A stretch of DNA of 30,495 nt from assembly GCA_018400815.1 (NCBI GenBank), contig JAGYLS010000014.1, positions 1-30,495 on the forward strand, in the 5' to 3' direction. Source of the stretch: Candidatus Oleincola secundus (GTDB taxonomy: Bacteria > Atribacterota > Phoenicimicrobiia > Phoenicimicrobiales > Stramentimicrobiaceae). Every line of letters begins with the position of its first letter. Within the stretch, counting starts at the first letter, position 1. The notes under the pieces are model-generated. The model saw nothing but the letters and a program-made list of their open reading frames with translations, made no database searches and was not told the DNA's origin. This document shows, one piece after another, positions 24,995 through 30,495 of the stretch. The translations under genes and the position numbers were made by a program.

Positions 24995-26686
24995 ATGTTA
25001 AATATTAAAAAAGTATTTCAAAAAAACAATATCTTTCTTGTTCTGATTTTGACCGTACTCCTTGTCTTTATTTTAGGTTATATCAGTTATCATGAATTGC
25101 AAAGGGAAAAGAATTATTTATGGGAATTGGCCCGGGTAGAAGGTTTAAATATTTCTTTTTCTATTCAAACACTGGGTTCTGAGTTTATTTTAAACAGAGA
25201 TATTTTAATAGAAGTGCTTGATTTATTTCAAAAAGAGGGAATTACCTTTATTGATGTAGTTGACCATAATGGTAACATCAGGTTAAGTACTAATGAGCAA
25301 AGAATGAATCAGCGGGTAGAAATAAGATATCCTGGTGTTGTAAACTATATTCAAACCAGCGATTCGAAAAATCAGAGAATACTACAAGTAATAAAGCCTT
25401 TTGATTTTGATGACCATTTTTCCTCCGATTTGTTCGGATATCTTTTTTTGCATGATAAGTATTTGTTAATTGGAATAAACATGGAAGATTATTATTTGCG
25501 CTATAATCAAATAAAACAGAGAGTAATCCTGAATTATTTCATTATTCTAATATTGTCCCTGTTAGGTATTTATATGATATTCAGGATACAGGAGAGTCTG
25601 GTAGTAAGAAGGACATTGAGAAATATGAAAGATTATACTAGCAAATTATTAGAAACGATGGATAGCGGTGTGATATCCGTAGATGAGCAAAATATTATCA
25701 AGACTTTTAATCGAAAAAGTGAACAAATATTTAATTTGAAAAGAAATGAAGTTATTGGGAAAAACGCAGAAAAAGTATTGCCCCTTAAAATAAAAAAATC
25801 GTCTATTTATCATTTGGGCTTACAGGAAAAGCAAAAAATTGAGCATGAAATTGAATTTGTAACCAAGAACCATACCAGGAAAATACTTGAGGTGAATACC
25901 TCTTTGCTTTCCGGAGGAAAAGACCAGGATAGCGGGATAGTTGTTTTAGTAAGAGATATAAGCCGCATTAAAAGCCTATCAGAAGAGATTAACCGTAATA
26001 AAAGATTGGCTTCCTTAGGCAAATTATCAAGCGGTATAGCACATGAAATTAGAAATCCACTTAGTTCCATAAGGGGATTAGCCCAGTTTCTTCATCAGTC
26101 TTTCGATAAAAAAGATCAACGAAAAGAAGATTTGAATATCATTTTAAAAGAGGTGGATAGGTTAAATCAATTAATCAACCAGATACTTGATTTTTCCAGG
26201 CCGAAGAAATTAATGGTTAGTCATTTCTCAATACAAAAATTGATTGAAGAATTGATTCATTTGCTAAAATTAGAGAAAAATGAAAAAGAAATTTCTTTCC
26301 AGTATCATCTAAACATTACAAATCAATTTATTGACGGAGACAGAAACCAAATTAGACAGGCACTTATGAACATTCTTCTAAATTCGATACAGGCTATAAA
26401 GAAGAAAGGAGAAATTGTTATTTCATTGACAATGGCAACTTATAAAGATAGAGAAATGGTTAAAATAACAATTCATGATAATGGCGTAGGAATTGATGCT
26501 ACTGATTTAGCACATATTTTTGATCCTTTTTTTACCAATAGGGATAATGGATATGGATTAGGTCTTTCTATTGCTTACAATATTATTGAAATGCATCAAG
26601 GGACTATAAATGTTGAGTCAGAAAAAGGGAGAGGAACTGACATAAATATTTTTCTTCCGGTTAGGAGTAGTAAAGAAATTGAATAA
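24995..26686 (+). CDS. Membrane sensor histidine kinase with PAS domain (ZraS/AtoS-like)
   Basis: Two TM helices around a periplasmic domain, PAS (MDSGVISVD..FN), H-box AHEIRNPL, N-box NILLNSIQA, DNGVGI, IFDPFFT and GYGLGL. Confidence 0.93.
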   Translation: MLNIKKVFQKNNIFLVLILTVLLVFILGYISYHELQREKNYLWELARVEGLNISFSIQTLGSEFILNRDILIEVLDLFQKEGITFIDVVDHNGNIRLSTNEQRMNQRVEIRYPGVVNYIQTSDSKNQRILQVIKPFDFDDHFSSDLFGYLFLHDKYLLIGINMEDYYLRYNQIKQRVILNYFIILILSLLGIYMIFRIQESLVVRRTLRNMKDYTSKLLETMDSGVISVDEQNIIKTFNRKSEQIFNLKRNEVIGKNAEKVLPLKIKKSSIYHLGLQEKQKIEHEIEFVTKNHTRKILEVNTSLLSGGKDQDSGIVVLVRDISRIKSLSEEINRNKRLASLGKLSSGIAHEIRNPLSSIRGLAQFLHQSFDKKDQRKEDLNIILKEVDRLNQLINQILDFSRPKKLMVSHFSIQKLIEELIHLLKLEKNEKEISFQYHLNITNQFIDGDRNQIRQALMNILLNSIQAIKKKGEIVISLTMATYKDREMVKITIHDNGVGIDATDLAHIFDPFFTNRDNGYGLGLSIAYNIIEMHQGTINVESEKGRGTDINIFLPVRSSKEIE

Positions 26687-28022
26687 AATACTAGTTGTGG
26701 ATGATGAAGAAAGTATCCGAATCATGTTAAAAAGAGTACTTTCCGGAGAACAATATGAAATTAAAGAAGCAATTAACGGATTAGAAGCTTTGGAAAAAAT
26801 TACTCGGGAAAAATATAGTGCAATTTTATTGGATTTAAAGATGCCTCAAATGAACGGACTTCAGGTTATAAGTAAAATAAAGGAAATGGATATCAGTACC
26901 CCAATTATCATGATGTCAGCATATGGGACTATCCCCGATGCCGTAGAGGCAATGAAAATAGGTGCAGTTGATTATATAGTAAAACCTTTTGACCTGGATG
27001 AGTTGAAAATGATTTTGGATCGCATGATTCGTCAGGATGAAATGGAAAATGAGAATCAGTATTATAAAGAGGAAGAAAACAAGCGTTTCAATTTTGAAGA
27101 AATCATCTCTCAAAGTCAGGCCATGAAAGAAGTATTGAAAATGATAAAACAAGTTGCTCCTTTACCGACTACTGTTATGATTACCGGAGAGAGCGGTACT
27201 GGAAAAGAATTGATTGCCAGGGCAATTCATAAGAACAGCCCGCGAGAAGAAAAACCATTTGTGGTAGCTAATTGTGTGGCTTTTTCACCTAATGTACTGG
27301 AGAGTGAATTATTCGGACATGAAAAAGGAGCTTTTACCGGAGCCAGTACCAGACGTATGGGAAGGTTTGAAATTGCCCATGGTGGGACAATATTTTTGGA
27401 CGAAATTGGAGAGATAAATCTGATGACTCAAGCAAAACTGTTACGAGTAGTACAGGAGAAGGAATTTGAACGAGTAGGCAGCTCCACCAGTATTAAGGTT
27501 GATGCCAGGGTTGTAGCAGCTACCAATAAGGATATTAAAAAAGAAGTTGAAGAACACAAGTTTCGGGAAGACCTTTATTATCGTCTTAATGTTTTCCATA
27601 TTCATATTCCTCCTTTAAGAGATAGAAAAGAAGATGTTCCTTTGTTGGGGCAGCATTTTATTGAAAAATATAACCGAATTTTAAACAAACGTATTTCTTG
27701 TTTGTCAAAAGAAACCATTGGTCTATTGATGGATTATTCTTACCCCGGAAATGTTAGGGAATTAGAGAATATAATTGAGAGAGCAATGATTATGTGTAAC
27801 GGGGAAATTATCGATAAAGATTTTCTTTTCTTTTTTGAGCAGAAAAATATTAATCAAAAAAATGGTACACTTAAAGAGATGGAGAAAGAGATGATAAAGA
27901 AGTATCTTATTCAAAATCATGGTAATCGTACTAAGACAGCGTTAAATCTGGGTATTAGCAGGAGAAACCTGCAGTTAAAACTAAGGGAGTATAAGATTGA
28001 TGTACCAAGCAAGAATATTTAA
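26679..28022 (+). CDS. Sigma54-dependent response regulator (NtrC/ZraR family)
   Basis: Receiver domain (ILVVDDE, LDLKMP, KPF), GESGTGKE, ESELFGHEKGAFTGA, FLDEIG, FREDLYYRL and a Fis HTH. TTG start overlaps the end of the kinase gene. Confidence 0.95.
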   Translation: MNKILVVDDEESIRIMLKRVLSGEQYEIKEAINGLEALEKITREKYSAILLDLKMPQMNGLQVISKIKEMDISTPIIMMSAYGTIPDAVEAMKIGAVDYIVKPFDLDELKMILDRMIRQDEMENENQYYKEEENKRFNFEEIISQSQAMKEVLKMIKQVAPLPTTVMITGESGTGKELIARAIHKNSPREEKPFVVANCVAFSPNVLESELFGHEKGAFTGASTRRMGRFEIAHGGTIFLDEIGEINLMTQAKLLRVVQEKEFERVGSSTSIKVDARVVAATNKDIKKEVEEHKFREDLYYRLNVFHIHIPPLRDRKEDVPLLGQHFIEKYNRILNKRISCLSKETIGLLMDYSYPGNVRELENIIERAMIMCNGEIIDKDFLFFFEQKNINQKNGTLKEMEKEMIKKYLIQNHGNRTKTALNLGISRRNLQLKLREYKIDVPSKNI

Positions 28023-28057
28023 ATAATAACCATTAGTGGTAAAGAAAGAGGTTAATA

Positions 28058-28822
28058 ATGTTATTAGTTATCGATGTAGGCAATACTCATACCGTGGTAG
28101 GAATATTCGAAGGTGATAAAATAAGAGGTCATTGGCGTATATCGACTGATTTTAAAAAGACTGAAGACGAATTTGCCATGTTATTCAAGAATTTATTAGC
28201 TGAACAGGCATTAAATTATACCCATATCAAAGCAGTGGTAATATCATGTGTTGTACCTCCTTTGATTTGGATTCTATTACAAATGTCCAAAACTTATTTT
28301 AAAGTAGAACCTATTATAGTAAATTCCGGAATTAATTTAAATATTAAGATAAAGACAGATTACCCCGACGAACTAGGTGCTGACAGAATAGTAAATGCTG
28401 TTGCTGCCTATAATATTTATGGAGTACCAGCTATTATTATTGATTATGGAACTGCTACAACTTTTTGTGCCCTTGATCAAAATAAAAACTATATAGGTGG
28501 AGCCATTGCGCCGGGTATAGAATTATCCAGTAATGCCTTATTCGAAAAAACTGCTAAATTACCGGAAGTTGAATTGATTGAACCAAAGAATGCCATAGGC
28601 AAAAATACAATTCAAGCTATACAGTCCGGAGTTTATTTGGGACATATAGGGTTAACCAGGGAATTAGTAAAACGTTTCAAGAAAGAGTTAAAAGGAAATC
28701 CTAAAGTGATTGCAACAGGAGGGTTGGCTGAATTAATAAGTAGGAGCTGTCCAATAATTGATAAAGTAGATCCATTGTTAACCCTAAGAGGATTAAAAAT
28801 AATTTATCAACTGAATAGCTAG
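28058..28822 (+). CDS. coaX: Type III pantothenate kinase
   Basis: IDVGNT, LGADR, IDYGTATT, GGAIAPG and ATGG motifs. Confidence 0.96.
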   Translation: MLLVIDVGNTHTVVGIFEGDKIRGHWRISTDFKKTEDEFAMLFKNLLAEQALNYTHIKAVVISCVVPPLIWILLQMSKTYFKVEPIIVNSGINLNIKIKTDYPDELGADRIVNAVAAYNIYGVPAIIIDYGTATTFCALDQNKNYIGGAIAPGIELSSNALFEKTAKLPEVELIEPKNAIGKNTIQAIQSGVYLGHIGLTRELVKRFKKELKGNPKVIATGGLAELISRSCPIIDKVDPLLTLRGLKIIYQLNS

Positions 28823-28857
28823 TTAGAAAATAAATTAGCGTTTGGCTTTCTATATAA

Positions 28858-28886
28858 TTGACATATAAATTGATAAAAGATAAGAT
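28858..28886 (+). promoter_or_regulatory. Sigma70-type promoter of guaB
   Basis: TTGACA-N17-TAAGAT. Confidence 0.65.
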
Positions 28887-28938
28887 AGATTAAAATTTAA
28901 CCAATTATATTGAATATGGAGAAAGAAGGAACTTATAT

Positions 28939-30405
28939 ATGTGGGAAGATAAATTAATCAAGGAAGATGGACTTACTTTTGATGATGTGTTATTAATTCC
29001 TCAAAATTCTAGATTGATTCCAAAGGATGTGAATTTAAATACATCTTTATCTCGGCATATTAACCTTAACATTCCTTTGCTTAGTGCTGCAATGGATAAA
29101 GTAACAGAATCAAGATTAGCCATTGCCATTGCTCGGGAGGGCGGTATTGGGATTATACATAGAAATATGACCATCCAAGAACAAGCCCATGAGGTGGATA
29201 GGGTTAAGCGTTCAGAAAGTGGCATTATTGTGGAACCAATTGCTTTAACAGAAGATAAAAAAGTGAAAGATGCACTAGAGCTAATGCAGCATTATCATAT
29301 TTCCGGTATCCCTGTCGTAAATCAAGATAAAAGACTGGTTGGCATATTAACAAACCGTGATATTCGTTTTTTGGATTATGTGGAAATGCCAATTGGGGAT
29401 GTAATGACCAGAGAACCGCTTATCACCGGTAAAGTAGGAACAACATTAGATGAAGCAAAAAAGATATTACACAAAAATCGTATTGAAAAATTACCTTTGG
29501 TCGACGAAAATTATACTTTAAAAGGCTTGATTACAATTAAGGATATTGAAAAGGTCAGACAGTATCCCAATGCATGTAAGGATGAAAATGGACGCTTAAG
29601 GGTGGGGGCTGCTATAGGCGTATCTGCTGATACCTTTAAAAGGGTAGAAGCAATGATAAATGCCCATGCTGATGTTCTTGCCGTAGATACTGCGCATGCA
29701 GATTCAGAAAGAGTTTTAAATACTATCAAAGAAATAAAAAAAAGATTTACCGTGGAATTAATCGGGGGAAATGTAGCTACTTATGAAGGTGCAAAGCGTT
29801 TGATTTCAGCGGGGGTTGATGCTATCAAGGTAGGCATAGGTCCAGGCTCAATTTGCACTACCAGAGTTGTAACAGGTGTTGGTGTGCCCCAAGTATATGC
29901 CATTAGAGAATGCTCCAGGGCTTGCAAAGAAGCAAATATTCCTCTGATTGCTGATGGGGGTATACGTTATTCCGGTGATATTTCTAAGGCCTTAGCTGTA
30001 GGAGCTGATTCAGTAATGATTGGTAGCCTTTTTGCCGGTACAGAGGAAAGCCCCGGAGAAGTTGTTCTCTATAAGGGAAGAAGTTATAAAGAATACAGAG
30101 GAATGGGCTCAGTAGGAGCCATGAAAGAAGGTAGCAAAGACCGTTATTTTCAGGAGGATAATGAAAATAAAAAATTAGTACCGGAAGGAATAGAAGGAAG
30201 AGTCCCATATAAGGGTTCAGTTTCTAATTGTGTACTTCAGCTGATGGGCGGATTAAGGGCAGGTATGTCTTATTGTGGTTCCAAAACAGTTCAAGAATTA
30301 CAAAAGAAAAGTCGTCTACTTAGGATTTCCACTGCAGGTCTGAGAGAAGGTCATCCACATGATATAATTATAACCAAAGAAGCTCCTAATTACGAGATTG
30401 AGTAA
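28939..30405 (+). CDS. guaB: Inosine-5'-monophosphate dehydrogenase
   Basis: [16 protein letters not shown] pair, [25 protein letters not shown] and VPEGIEG. Confidence 0.98.
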   Translation: MWEDKLIKEDGLTFDDVLLIPQNSRLIPKDVNLNTSLSRHINLNIPLLSAAMDKVTESRLAIAIAREGGIGIIHRNMTIQEQAHEVDRVKRSESGIIVEPIALTEDKKVKDALELMQHYHISGIPVVNQDKRLVGILTNRDIRFLDYVEMPIGDVMTREPLITGKVGTTLDEAKKILHKNRIEKLPLVDENYTLKGLITIKDIEKVRQYPNACKDENGRLRVGAAIGVSADTFKRVEAMINAHADVLAVDTAHADSERVLNTIKEIKKRFTVELIGGNVATYEGAKRLISAGVDAIKVGIGPGSICTTRVVTGVGVPQVYAIRECSRACKEANIPLIADGGIRYSGDISKALAVGADSVMIGSLFAGTEESPGEVVLYKGRSYKEYRGMGSVGAMKEGSKDRYFQEDNENKKLVPEGIEGRVPYKGSVSNCVLQLMGGLRAGMSYCGSKTVQELQKKSRLLRISTAGLREGHPHDIIITKEAPNYEIE

Positions 30406-30469
30406 TACCAAGAAAGATCAAATATTCTAATAAATTCTCTGTGATAAATCTTCCTATTACTATTTTTAT

Positions 30470-30495
30470 TGAACCATTAAAAACCAACTTCTAAG
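30470..30495 (+). repeat. Start of repeat copy F (cut by the window end)
   Basis: tttat|tgaaccattaaaaaccaacttctaag matches the 5' module of copies A, D and E. Confidence 0.55.

Noticed and set aside
1..30495. tRNA/rRNA genes, transposase, integrase, phage or defence genes
   Set aside because: No supporting motifs were seen in the ORF translations or the intergenic regions.

Overview
AT-rich bacterial chromosomal window, probably from a diderm anaerobe (possibly Atribacterota-like; weak inference). It holds mostly housekeeping genes: the end of an LDH/MDH-like gene, a tandem-flavodoxin Fe-S flavoprotein, yigZ, flavodoxin, a zincin-like peptidase, a minus-strand pyrB-pyrI-pyrC-pyrF-pyrK-pyrD-pyrE operon, tatD, an aromatic amino-acid ABC transporter, an AlaX editing protein, an M48 protease, an NSS transporter, acyP, ccdA, a thioredoxin, a PP-loop ATPase, a DUF2148-like protein, degP, a sigma54-type two-component system, coaX and guaB. 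The notable signals are non-coding. (1) A ribosome-mediated attenuator with a six-tyrosine leader peptide (MIQQVNNYYYYYYIPG) precedes the ABC transporter. (2) A dispersed ~190-250 bp structured repeat family occurs 7 times (5 complete, 2 partial). It has conserved terminal hairpins, covarying stems and a TTTAT/TTGAT 5' junction, and resembles a non-autonomous IS200/IS605-type element or a structured RNA. (3) The pyr leader has two PyrR-like sites and a leader ORF that runs through the terminator. (4) A sigma54 promoter with paired enhancer-like sites precedes degP. (5) tatD appears to start at a non-canonical ATT codon. I saw no CRISPR array, tRNA, rRNA or transposase.
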